64,000 nt of DNA from Eledone cirrhosa. Lineage: Eukaryota. Of this stretch, positions 13,049-26,493 are shown one piece after another (position 1 is the first letter of the stretch; each line of letters opens with the position of its first letter). The position numbers and the translations under genes are program-made. The stretch spans positions 109,988,001 to 110,052,000 of the forward strand of contig OZ024743.1 of assembly GCA_964016885.1 (NCBI GenBank). The letters run 5' to 3'. Below the pieces are notes generated by a model. That model had not been told where the DNA came from, searched no databases, and saw only the letters and a list, made by a program, of their open reading frames with translations.

Positions 13049-15283
13049 CACCAGGCCCAGATGGTGTGCAGGGGTATTGGATTAAACATTTAACATCCCT
13101 CCACCCGAAGCTGACGGCCATGTTCAATGACTGCTTGGTGTCGGGTGAGGTGCCAGAGTGGTTGACAAAAGGTACCACAGTTCTGATAATGAAAGACCGA
13201 ATCAAGGGTAATGATGTTACCAATTATAGACCTATCACATGTCTGCCCGTAATGTGGAAACTGTTGACGAGCATTGTGTCTGAGGAAATCTACCATCACC
13301 TCCACACAAACAACTTGTTGCCGGACGAACAGAAAGGATGCCGAAAGAAGTCACGTGGTACAAAGGACCAGTTGCTTATTGATAAGATGGTAATGGGGAA
13401 TTGCAGGAGGAGATACACTGATCTTGCCATGGGATGGATAGACTACAGAAAGGCATTTGACATGGTGCCTCATTCCTGGGTCACCAAAAGCCTGGAGATC
13501 TTCAGGGTGGCAGATAACATCAGACAGTTGCTGGGCAGGAGTATGGGGTCCTGGGAGGCAGAGTTGACATCAACTGGAGTATCCTTGGGAAGCGTGAAGA
13601 TCAAGAGAGGTATCTTCCAGGGAGATAGCCTGTCCCCTCTGTTGTTTGTCCTTGCCCTGATGCCCTTGACCATTATGCTGCGAAAAGTGAGAGCAGGATA
13701 CAAGTTGGGAAGGGGAGAGCTTACCATCAATCACCTCCTCTTCATGGACGATCTTAAGCTCTTCGGGAAAAGTGAGAAGGAGTTGGATGTGCTTGTTGAC
13801 ACTGTCCGTATTTTCAGCAGTGATATATGTATGCAGTTTGGTATTGGTAAATGTGGAGTCATTGTGATGAGGAGGGGTAGGTTGAGCAGAAGTAACGGGA
13901 TCCAGATACCAACAGGTGAGATGATAAAGGAAATTGACTCTGAGGAAGGATACAAGTATTTGGGCGTTCTGGAGGCTGATGGCATAAAGAACAAAAAAAT
14001 GAAGGAATTGTTAAGAACTGAATACATTCGGAGAGTAAGGAGCGTATTGAAGTCACATCTGAACAGCAGAAATGCCATAAGCGCAGTAAATTCCCGAGCT
14101 GTCTATTATTAGGTACAGTGCGGGAATTCTGAGATGGAATGTTGCTGAACAAAAAGAAATGTATAGGAAGACTAGGAAGCTATTGACTATCTACAACATG
14201 TTCCACAAGAGGAGTGATGTCGATAGACTCTACCTAAGGAGATCTGAGGGTGGAAGAGGTCTTATCAGCATAGAGGACTGTGTTCAGATGGAGAAAAACA
14301 ACCTATACAAATACGTGACCTATAGTAAGGAGCCAATGCTCAGAGCTGTACTGAAGGAGGGGACAGTAGGCCAGGGGATACCCAAGGAGGAAATAACATC
14401 AAGGAGGAAGAGCAGCCTTAAGGGAAAATCCCTTCATAGTACCTTCTTTGAGAAAACTGAATTTAGAGATCCACAGACATGGAACTGGTTGAGAAGAGGA
14501 GACCTCAAAAAGGCTACAGAAGGAATGCTAATGGCTGCGCAGGAGCAGGCCCTCAAAACGAAGTGGTTGAAGCACCATATCTACAAGGAGGAGGCTAGCC
14601 CACTGTGCAGGATCTGTGGAGAGAGAGAGGAGACTGTGGCTCACATTGTGTCCGAGTGTAAACACCTAGCCCAGACCCACTATAAGGGCTGGAGACACGA
14701 TGTGATGGGCAGGGTGATCCACTGGCACCTGTGCAAAGTAAACAATCTACCACATTCTGAGAAATGGTATGAGCATAGGCCAGAGGCGGTGATAGAGAAC
14801 AGTCAGGTGAAGGTGCTGTGGGATTTTAGGATACAGACGGACAAAAAACTGGAACACAATAGACCTGACCTGGTGGTTGTGGACAAAGAAAAATGATCGT
14901 GCCTGATTGTGGATGTGGCCTGCCCGTTCGACACGAGAGTGCAAGAGAAGGAGAGGGAGAAAATTAACCGATACCAGGACCTAAAGTGGGAGGTGAAAAG
15001 GATTTGGAACTGCCATGAAGTCAAAGTGATCCCGATTGTCATAGGCGCACTGGGGACTATCTCCAAAGGTTTCCAGGGATGGTTAAAGAAAATCGGCCCC
15101 TTCACGCTTTTTGGAACGCTCCAAAAGGCATGCTTGCTTGGAACGGCAAGAACCCTCCGATACGTCCTGAATATCTGAGGCTGCAGGTAGTGGCTTGATA
15201 TTCAATCCAACGGACTTTCCAGTTAACCAACATCAATGACTGAGATTCAAGGAATAACAATGGCAATAATAATAATAATAATA
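13046..15283 (+). mobile_element. R4/Dong-like family A, copy 3 (5'-truncated, nearly identical to copy 2)
   Basis: ORFs 13066..14112, 14159..14896, 14909..15178. A 2-bp deletion near 14100 (gagctgtctatt vs gagctgtgtctatt) and AGA>TGA at 14894. Confidence 0.95.
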
Positions 15284-15403
15284 ATTGTTTCTACTTTAGG
15301 CACAAGGCCAGCAATTACCAGTGCATTACTGGTACTTTATTTTATCGACCCCGTAAGGATGAAAGGCAAAGTCAACCTCGGCGGGATTTGAACTCAGATG
15401 GTA

Positions 15404-15404
<1 letters not shown>
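15284..15404 (-). mobile_element. tRNA-derived SINE (5'-truncated), inserted in the (AAT)n tail of R4 copy 3
   Basis: Minus strand has the B-box gagttcaaatcc, the central motif gcctttcatccttacggggtcgataaaataaagtacc and the 3' end ccttgtgcctaaagtagaaacaatt. AAT on both sides. Confidence 0.85.
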
Positions 15405-15453
<49 letters not shown>

Positions 15454-15465
15454 TAATAATAATAA

Positions 15466-15694
15466 AAAGTGATCCCGATTGTCATAGGCGCACTGGGGAC
15501 TATCTCCAAAAGTTTCCAGGGATGGTTAAAGAAAATCGGCCCCTTCACGCTTTTTGGAACGCTTCAAAAGGCATGCTTGCTGGGAACAGCAAGAACCCGC
15601 CGATACGTCCTGAATATCTGAGGCTGCAGGTAGTGGCTTGATATTCATTCCAACGGACTTTCCAGTTGACTAACATCAATGACTGAGATTCAAG

Positions 15695-15763
<69 letters not shown>

Positions 15764-15793
15764 TAATAATAATAATAATAAGAAGAAGAAGAA
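15466..15793 (+). mobile_element. R4/Dong-like family A, copy 4 (about 230-bp 3' end) with (AAT)n then (AAG)n tail
   Basis: Matches the 3' end of copies 2 and 3 (aaagtgatcccgattgtc...gactgagattcaagg). Confidence 0.92.
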
Positions 15794-16759
15794 GGGAAGT
15801 GGACGCACGTAGTGGATAGAATGTTATGGAATCGCTCCCGTAATTTTTTTAATTTTTAAAATATTTAAAACAATTGTGATATAACAATTCGTAGTACAAA
15901 TGTGACATAAAGCGCTAGGTTTTTTTTACTATGAGGAAATTCGGATCCATAATATCCTGTTATATCGCTCATATATGCAATTTTGTATTATAAATTTTAT
16001 ATTCAAAAAGAAAATGGTTATAAATAGAAGAAACCCGCTCTGTCTGCACTATATATAACAGCAATTTCACCAACACCACAAACTAGATACACCACCTATC
16101 CCATCACCCCTCTGTGTACACTAAACACAACAGCCAGATAACTGCAATTTCACCACCACCACCACCACCAATCACAGCATAATAATAGTAATTACTATTA
16201 TTTTATCTCATGTCTTCTCAAAATGTTTAATTCAAATATTAAGAAAAGTATGTCAACACATATATTAAACATACGCGACAAACCGCATAGATACACAGAT
16301 CAAACAAACGCATACTACTACAGTCTATTCAACAAAACTCAGTAATTTCAACGCCATCACGATAGTCACCGCCGCCACCACTTCATCATTTCTACCACTA
16401 TTCCATCACCGCCGCCACCACTCCTTCAAGGCTACCACCACTATTCCCCCACTACCTTCTGTTAACTTAAGAAAGGGGAAGGTGGCGGTATCACTAGACA
16501 AGGGAGAGGCTAGCAAAATATAAACATAGACTCACTTAGTGATCCGGTCAAACGTCAACGTCTGCTGGCTCTCTCCTTCCCCACCAACAATAGAAAAAGC
16601 CCCAGCACCACCACCGAGATAGCCAATAACAATAACAGGCAACTTCAACAAAAAGTATATAATATTATTAATAATAATTTCATTCTTAAGCCACGCAATG
16701 CTCACATTAAGGTACCACTCATCATAATAACAATTTAAAAAACAACAAAAATGAAAACC

Positions 16760-19700
16760 CCGTGACCAAGAAATACCGGGAAGGCGGCCGGCGGGGAATA
16801 GGCGTGTCTCTAGGGGAGGACGACCCCTCTAGCCTTGGTTGACACTCGTCCTAGAAGTGGTAACACGAAATAATTACCCCTTGGCGGCTAAGGATATAAC
16901 GCGACAAAATAAAGTAAATGTCAAATGATAAAATCTCATACCGGATCGGCCGTCACCCGGATCAAAAAGGGCCGCGTCCCTCAGAGAGGAACCAGACTGA
17001 ATTCGAAAAATCAGCTAATGGTTCAAACCTTCCCATCACTTCAGAGCTGGAGACCTCCCATAACCGGAATACTCCTACTGTTAGCCGCCCATGCTCACCA
17101 CCAAGAAATCCAAAGAAAAAGAGAGAACATGGTCAAGGGAAGACAATAAAGAAGTCATTGAGGCTTTCTACACTGCCATGTACTACCCATCAAATAGATC
17201 GAATACAGAACAGACATATATCAACTGGAAAAAGAAACATTCCCAAAACAGAGGCTATATTGACCGTAACAAACTATCCAATATACGAAGAAATATTGTT
17301 AAAAAAAGTTACTAACTGATATGGAAATTGATCAGATTAAGCTATTAGCACAAAGTCAGCGAAGGGAAAATGAAGCATGTGTCAGTGAAAACGAGGTAAA
17401 TTGTAACACATCGAATCACAGGTTTGGGGCGGAATCACTGACAACAGAAGAAATTAAAGATAGGATCGAAAAAGTGGAGGGAGTGCATGCTCAAGATGAA
17501 ACTCAAAATGAAAACAATGATATCGTAAATGATAAAGAAATGAATGAGAATGAACTTGCCAACTTGAAGGATGAAATTATGATCGAATGGATGAAAATGA
17601 AATAATTTGACATGGGGGAAGGAGACACTCTCCCTAAGATCCAGAACTCCAAACAGAACCAAAAGATAATACACAAGACTAATATAATTCTCAAAAACAT
17701 TATCATCACAAACAAACTAAACATTACTGATCTAAATCATCTCTATTATGCATCGGCTAAAGTCACCACTTACTTATGTGGAGTGAAAATGAAAAAAACA
17801 AAGGAATTCCCACCTGAAATCTGTTTGGCAAGAGAACATCAATCGCCAAATAAACCTTCTCCGATCTGACATAGAAATTTTACAAAGTAGGTGAATATGT
17901 TAAACAAACTAAACTTAGAAAATTGAAAAGAAAATGCAGTATAAAATCAACAAGTGACATAGATATGCTGATAGAAATAATCAAGCAATAAGTGTCGGCC
18001 AAAGCTGCTCGTATAAGGCGATTTGAAAAACGATCTAGATTCTATAAGGACAATAATATGTTCAAAGACAACCAAAGAAATGTCTACAGAAAAATTGGCA
18101 AGTCAACAATAACTGCTAAATCAATGCCACCCAAGGAGGGAGTGCAAGAATTCTGGGAAAAGATCTGGACCGAAGAAAAAGTTCATAATATACATGCCCC
18201 ATGGATAGACAGACAAATGAAAGACACAGCTCACTTTGAGGAACAAATATGGGAAAATATAACAGTTGAACAGTTGCGTTTGGCTCTTAGAAAAAAACAG
18301 TAAATGGAAAACCCCAGGAAAAGACAAAATAGCAAATTTTTGGAGAAATGCCTTCACAGAGTCTCATGAGCTGTTAGCCCAACTTTACAATGAAATTGTT
18401 GAGGAGCCAGAAATGATACCATCATGGCTAGTTAACGGCATTACATTCCTGCTTCCGAAGAATGATGAGACAAACAATCCAAAAAATTACAGACCGATAA
18501 CTTGCTTAACCACAATGTATAACATTTTAACATCAGTCCTAACTGAATATATATATGACCACCTGATAACAAATGTTCTATTTCCCAATGAGCAGAAATG
18601 GGGTAAACGAGCCTCATATGGCTGTAAGGATCAGCTTTTGGTTAACAAAATGATACTGGAAGATTGCATAATAGACACAAAAATCTATCAATTGCTTGGA
18701 TAGATTATAAAAAACGCATTCGATAGTTTGCCACACAGTTGGATTGAAAAAGGTTTAGAGATTTTCTAAATATCTCCCGTTGTCAGGAGGTTCCTGTCAT
18801 TCAGTATGAAGACATGGAAAACGACACTCCTTTTGAATAGTGAAAAAAAATCACTGGAAGCTGGAGAAGTTAATATTAATTGTGGAATTTTTCAGGGTGA
18901 CTCTTTACCACCGCTTTTATTCTGCATCGCACTTATACCATTAAGTAAAATGCTCAATGAAACAAAACATGGATATAAAGTCTATCACAAAACCATTAAT
19001 CACTTGTTCTACATGGATGACCTGAAATTATTTGCAAAAAATGATGAACATTTATAAGGACTATTATCCACTGTGGAGCAGTTCAGTGATAACATTAAAA
19101 TGGAGTTTGGACTAGATAAATGCGCCAAAGCAACGTTCACCAGAGGAAAGCTGCTGAAAAGTTCAGACATTAATCTTGATCGGTGGAATGTGATAAGAGA
19201 ACTTGATCAAGAGGACAATTACAAATAACTAGGTGTTTGTGAAGGAGACGGAATCAAGCACTCGACAATGAGGGAAAGGATAAGGAAGGAATGTTACCGC
19301 AGAGTAAGAACAATCTTAAGAACGGAATTGAATGCAATGAATAGGATCGATGCCATAAACAGGATTGCCATACCAGTAGTAACCTACATTTACAATGTCA
19401 TCAACTGGTCAAGTACAGAGATCCCTAGGCTCAATACAAAATTATAAAATTCTTAACCATGCACAGAATGCATCACCCAAAGGCAGTTACAGATATAATA
19501 TGTCTCCCTAGGAAAGAGGGACGACATGGATTAATCCAGTTATATATTGCGTTCAACACTGCAAAAATTGGGATTATATACATATCTAAGGGAATCACAT
19601 AATTGGATGATCAAACTCGTTTTGAAAGACTAAAGCATCAACAGATCATACTCCATTACAAAAGATGCACAAAGGTACAGTAATGGACTATAACTTTCAG

Positions 19701-20691
19701 AAGTCCCATTTACTGCTGAAATGGAAAACACAGAAAAAGCAAAGCAGGTAAAAGTAACTGCAAAGAAACTGGCTAATAAATGGCAAGAAAAGCCTCTGTA
19801 TGGAAAATACCCAGAAAGAGCTAACAATCCTGATGTTGACAAAACTTTAACCCATCAGTGGTTGGCATCCTCTTGACTGAAATTGGGGACTGAAAGACTG
19901 ATTATATCAGCACAAGATCAGTGTCTGCCAACAAAAAATTACCAAGCCAACATAATAAAAATGGATGCAACCCATTATGCCGTGTATGTAAAATACAACC
20001 ATAGACCATTGATCCTATAATTTCAATGTGCAGTCCTATAGCTCCAACCGAATACCTAAACAGGCATGACAGAGCTGCACAATACATACATTGGATAATG
20101 TTTAAGCATTTTGACCTGCTCCATCAAAAGAATTGATGGGAGCATCAACCACCTCCTATATTTGAAAAAGATCACATGTCAATCTTTTTGAACTTTAGCA
20201 TCCAAACAGACCGAAAAATAGATGCATATAGACCTGATATAATACTGAAGGACTTTAAAAAGAGGGTATGCCTGCTAATTGATATGTCCGTTCCAATAGA
20301 CAAGAATGTATCTATAAAAAACATTTGAAAAATTGAGCAAGTATAAGGAGCTGGAGATAGAAATTGGAAAAATGTGGACAATTGAGATCTAAAACAATAC
20401 CAGTGGTTGTAGGCACTCTAGGAATGATACATAAGGTGTCTAATGATTACGTATCGCAAATCCCAGGAAACCCGCGTATAGTAGAAATACAAAAGATAGT
20501 ACTAATGGAAACTGCCCATATACTAAGGAAGATTCTGTCAATATAATTACATCACAAGTCATAACACTTAAAGATGCATGCGTGTGTATGTATGTTCTTT
20601 CTTGAACATGGCAGACTTTGTTGTCTCTTGAGGTCACTGGTTGTGACTTGGTGATAACTCGTATGAACATAAAGGAAGATAAATGCAACTG

Positions 20692-20722
<31 letters not shown>

Positions 20723-20730
20723 AATAATTT
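16760..20730 (+). mobile_element. R4/Dong-like RLE LINE family B, apparently full length and decayed, with (AAT)n tail
   Basis: N-terminal [57 protein letters not shown] remnant near 19980, RPD near 20230, IPVVVGTLG, IQKIVL..TAHILRKILSI. Many stops and frameshifts. Confidence 0.88.
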
Positions 20731-20820
20731 TATTAATAATACATTTGAAGACTAAAATCCGAACAATGCTCGATAAGGATAAATATATATCAGATATATA
20801 AGAACCGTGGAGCAAATATT

Positions 20821-20962
20821 TATTAAATTAACAGATTAAAGTTTAAGCAAAGAATCGCTGCCTTCACCCTTCACGGGATCTTCTGAAAATCAGGAGTTTC
20901 AAAAGAACCCGTTAAGGGTGAAAGCAGCGATTCTTTGCTTAAACTTTAATGTTATTTTAATA
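20821..20962. repeat. Fold-back inverted repeat (about 65-bp arms, 8-nt spacer) with degenerate hammerhead-like core, adjacent to (AT)n
   Basis: ttaaagtttaagcaaagaatcgctgccttcaccctt... pairs with ...aagggtgaaagcagcgattctttgcttaaactttaa. Confidence 0.85.
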
Positions 20963-20963
20963 C

Positions 20964-20964
<1 letters not shown>

Positions 20965-21041
<77 letters not shown>
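20965..21041. repeat. (AT)n microsatellite
   Basis: Direct reading. Confidence 0.97.
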
Positions 21042-21047
<6 letters not shown>

Positions 21048-21464
21048 CTGTATTTTTGACCTTTGCCCAGTCAATGATAAACATGTATTACTAAATGAAT
21101 TAACTATGGAGATATCGAACATGCAGAAGCAAAAACCAACCAGACAGTGAGTGTGTTCAGTTATTATTTCTGCCAATATTATTACAATATGACCCTCCCC
21201 AAGTATAACATGATTTTTTTGACACACGATTTCATATAAAAAACCTCGCAAAACAAATATATATATATATTCATTATTGAATATACTCGGTTGTATACAG
21301 CTCAGTTACTTTGGACCCCACTTTCATACAACGGATTGCAGGACAGGCTGAATCATACCACACCATAAACGCATACATAATATATTTCTAAATCAAAACC
21401 TTCGGAATTACATTGAAATTAACTGCATTCTGTTCACTACAACAATATTCCTACCATTTTTATT

Positions 21465-21650
21465 GGATTAGCAGTGACGGTAAATAGTCGGACGTTATGC
21501 TTTGCAGCATAGAGTTACGCTCTTTTACGATCTGAGTTCAAATCCCGCCGAGGTTAACTTTGCCTTATGGGGTCGTTATAATAAAGTACCAGTAATGCAC
21601 TGTGATAATTGCTGGCCATGTGCCAAAAGTAGAAACAATTTTTATTATTA
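21465..21650 (+). mobile_element. tRNA-derived SINE, full length
   Basis: ggattagcagt... 5' end, B-box ctgagttcaaatccc, central motif, 3' gtagaaacaatt followed by ttattatta. Confidence 0.85.
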
Positions 21651-21817
21651 TATATTTTACTAATATTTTGTTTATCCCTCTCCTATTTCTTGCCGGGTGG
21701 TATACACACAGTTTTATATGTAGTTTTATACCTATGTACCCCTTTAACTATAGTCACCTTTCAGTCACCTCTCCGATAGGCGAAAAATAGACTAGAATAT
21801 TTTCCTTTACGTCATTA

Positions 21818-21998
21818 TTGGCAGTATCAGTAGAAGGTCGAACACCATGCTTTGCAGCACGGAGTTACGGGTATTTAAGACCCGAGTTCAAATTCTACCG
21901 AGGTTAACTTGGCCTTTCATCCTTACAGGGTCGATAAAATAAAGTACTAGTAATGCACCGGGATAATTGCTGGCCTTGTGCCAAACGTAGAAACAATC
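21818..21998 (+). mobile_element. tRNA-derived SINE, full length
   Basis: tggcagtatcagtag..., ccgagttcaaattc, gcctttcatcc...gggtcgataaaataaagtac, ccttgtgccaaacgtagaaacaat. Confidence 0.85.
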
Positions 21999-24408
21999 AA
22001 TCTAGCAGCACTTGGATACCGTCTGCAGACAATATAACACTCCTTTTACGGGCAGTCTTCAAGTCACATTTTCTTTTTTTCACTTTCCGATTTTTCAACT
22101 TGCTGTTCACTTTCCCTAACTTCTACGATGTGTATGGGATCAACGAAACCATGTTTTGTCTACAATTCTACGATTAGATGATCAACATAATATATAAATA
22201 TGTATATTATATAATATAGATAACGAGGCATCAGACAATTTATTAAAATATTACATATGTTTCTCCGACGATCAGATCAAGGCTGTTAATAAATTGTGTT
22301 TTGATGCGTCACTGATTCCTCGTTATCTATAATAATATAATCTGCTCTGCGCGAGCAACGAGTGCTCAAATGGCAAATCGCATACGGACACCTTTATTTT
22401 AACCATAGAACAACTATATATATATATATATATGGCATATGTTCTGTGTGTCTGTATGTGTGCGTATATATATACATGTGGGTGCGCGTATGCACATTTA
22501 TTTTTATCGTGTATGTCAGCGTGTATGTACGCGCCTGTATATATGTTTGTGAGTGAATGCATGGGTGGGAGTGTGTCTCTTGGTGTGTGGGCGCTGATTG
22601 GTCAATAATCATTTTTAATGGTGTGTGCAACATCTGGTGCGGGATAGAGTTAGATATGATTTTTGCCTGCATAACAAATCTGAAGAGCAGATCAGGTAGG
22701 AGTCGGGTCTACAGCATTAATATATATTTCTTTATTAAAGATAGATATATTTCTTTATTAGATATATTTTTCTCTCAGTATTAATATAGTTCCTGAACCT
22801 TCCATCTGTGATATTGTTGAAACTATGTATAATCAATCAAATGGGAAATATCGCTTTGTTATCAATATATACACTATACCCTAGCATAGAGTGCTTATTT
22901 TGGTACCCACCTCACTAAAGCACGAATCTACTGATTCCCACCAATATATATGTAATTATTAGAATTTCATAAGGCTCATTGAGGGCATACATGAGTATAA
23001 ACCAAAAACAACAAAATCAATGTCAACTAATAGAATTGTCTCCAACGTAGGAACAGAGCAACAATTTTGTTTGGAAATAAAAATGCGATGATATCAACTA
23101 CAGTAATTGACTGATATTTTATTTAATATAACCCGAAAGCATGAACGGTAAAATCGAACGCGGCAGGTGTTGAACGAAGGGGGAATAGAGTCTGAATTAT
23201 ATAATACAAACACTTGCGTTAGTAATTCTAACAATTTTAACAATTCCTTTCTAATAAAGTGAAAACAACATGTGTGTACCGTTTTTAATATTCTGTCATT
23301 TTCCTGAATTCGCAATTTATATGAAAGAGCATAATGTCCGGTTATGATACAAACCAAAAGATAACCAATTACGTATTTTTCTGCTTTTTAAATTGTGTTG
23401 GGGATTATTTAAATACAGATATAAACGTAATTCTGTGTGTGTACCTCTAACAGTTGTTTTCGAAGTTCCTTCTGCTCACAAATATTTTATATATATCTCT
23501 ACAATTATTTAAAGTATTATTTCCCTTTCAATAAACAAAATGCCAATTCCAAGAGATTCGAAGATGGTTTATTGCTCTGATTCGAATTATTAATCTTAAG
23601 ACTATATTACCTGTTCCTTTATATTACTACTTCTATATATTTATCCTTTTTATATTGGTAGACGCTGGGGATATTATCGGAATTTAAAACCACAAACAAA
23701 AACGTGCAATACTAAGTAGAGTAATACGTCTTAATCCGGTGTTCCGCTGTTTCAGCTATTTCCAACGCACTTAAATAAAATAAAGATTGCCATACACAGG
23801 CAGAAAGCCGAGAAAAATCGAGACTGTAGGAGTGTTTGGTAGTTGGTTGGTATGGAATATTTTAACGAGATTATAGTTTTGTTATGAATTAGAATTGAGA
23901 GGTAAAATTCAGGTCAGTGAATATAATCGTGCATAATCTTTCAGATGAAATGCGATACTATTACTTATCATAAATTTCCATCATATTGCTATTCAAATAA
24001 ATTTTCCCACAAGAATCAAATACTATTTATTGTTTCCTGGTTTCATTTTATTTTTAGACGCAGACATCTCATATCTTTCATACGATAACTAATTATCTCT
24101 CTGGTTTCTCTCTCTTTCTCTCACATTCGCATAACAGAATCATCATCCTATATTCATCTCTTTACTTCTTGTCACACAGAGATAAACAAACGCACACATA
24201 CAAAAACATACATATTGTCTCTCTCTCTTGCTCTCACGCACACACTCAGACTCACTAAATATAGACACACAAACACACAGAGACACACACACGCACATAT
24301 AGAGAGAAAGGGTCGGAAATAGTCGGAAAGTGGGATAGAACAGGGAATAGAGAATAGGAAGAAGTGCATTATGATCGTATTCTCCAGAATATCACACAAC
24401 TTATTCCA

Positions 24409-24670
<262 letters not shown>

Positions 24671-25253
24671 TTTTGTTAACTCATTGATGGAGAGAATAAG
24701 AACACCAATTTTTGGAACCCACCGATTAAACTACGTTTCAACTTTTCTCTCGGTTTTATCCCCCGGGAGAAGCGTCCCCAGTGTCCTTATTACTTTATGT
24801 AAGATTTGAACACGCAACTTTCAATTCTGGAACGGATAAGGAATGTTATCCTTTCAGTCTCTTTAACTAATCCGCTAATCCAGCGATAAATTATTTGTAT
24901 TATGTTTATCTGCAAAGAATTATTTTAACGTACTGCAAACGTTTTCTGGAAGAAATTTTAAGAAATTGTCTGCATGTAATTATCGTTAAAATAATGGTTT
25001 CGGAAGATCTAATCATTTACATCTTTGCATAGCTAATATACATTGTACGATGAATTATATGCATAATACATATGTTATCATATTCTCACCTATGGTTGTA
25101 ATTAATTAAGAAGTTTTTCTTAATCAATGTTGTTAAGTTTGTAATCACCGCACAGGTTATGAAACGAATAGCTACATCATTATACTAATAGTCACATAGC
25201 TTGGATTCAACTTACCCTGTTGACACAAACATGCAAACACCCACGCACACAGA

Positions 25254-25292
<39 letters not shown>

Positions 25293-26348
25293 GTGTGTGT
25301 GTTTATACATATTTACACGCATACAGACATATATATATACTTCAACGCTTCTGTATATGTGTGTGTTTATTATATTTTCTAAGCTGGATATTATTATACA
25401 TTAGATTTTGATTTGCATAAGACATTGCTGGTACATCAATTAATGTGATTTTCATGAATGAATGTTGCGGTATTTCATGACTACAAGATATATTTTATAT
25501 AGTAATTAGTTTACCACGATAAGCTGGGGGCTGCAGAAATAATGCTTCTCTATAATTGCAATAATTACTGCTTTTGTGAAAGGAAGATAAATTAGAGTAA
25601 TCGTGAGCATGTGTACTATAACGAAATTTAAATTCATCAATTCTCTTAATTTACATATACATTTTAAAGGCAAACGCACAAACACACACATTGAAGCTTT
25701 TTCACAATATCTCATCCGTATTATCGAAGTGGAAGGCTCCTACTTTAAAAATTAAAGGAATTGCCCCAAATCGACCAACACTCACCCTACTTTAAGAAAC
25801 CTTGACGTTTCTCACCTAGACACCTATAACAAGTTGACACCTGCTCTCCTGTATAAAAAGCAAAATATCCTTATAATCATGTTATCACCAGTGTTTTGAA
25901 TAATCCATTGTGCGCTATGATATAGGGGTGCAAGCAACGAGACCTCCGTACATAGCATTTTGAAATAGACATGAAACAGAATGTAACATGAAACTGTGTC
26001 ACCCTTTTTCGATGGTTTGACTGTGCCACGAAAATTCGACATCTTTTAGAGCTAACAACTGTATCAAACATCTTCATTCCATGACATCTCAGTTTTCACC
26101 AGTTCTAGAAAGCTCACTCTTCAGATCGTATACTGCATGTTAACATAGGGAGAAATTAGGAAAGAGAGTGAATACTAAGGAACAGTTTTCATATAAACGC
26201 TAAAACCTATCCTGTACAACATAGCTGATGACGTAATATATGTCATATATATACTGGAATCAAATTCTATTATAATACGGTAGTTGTAGAAATTGACCTT
26301 CTTCATTTTCGCCCGGTCACTTCGGTTTTTGATGTTTATATATGTGGA

Positions 26349-26349
26349 G

Positions 26350-26384
<35 letters not shown>

Positions 26385-26493
26385 CTTCTTCTTCTTCTTC
26401 TTCTTCTTCTTCTTCTTCTTCTTCTTCTTCTTCTTCTTCTTCTTCTTCTTCTTCTTCTTCTTCTTCTTCTTCTTCTTCTTCTTCTTCTTCTTC
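26349..26493. repeat. (GTT)n(CTT)n microsatellite; the (AAG)n part is the likely tail of the minus-strand RTE element
   Basis: Direct reading; abuts the RTE 3' end. Confidence 0.9.

Noticed and set aside
8192-15793. Repeat-spacer-like alternation suggesting a CRISPR or RT-linked defence array
   Set aside because: The units are eukaryotic R4-type LINE copies separated by microsatellite tails; there are no constant repeats, unique spacers or cas genes.
21520-21560. tRNA-like B-box sequences
   Set aside because: They belong to SINE heads; no cloverleaf, so not tRNA genes.
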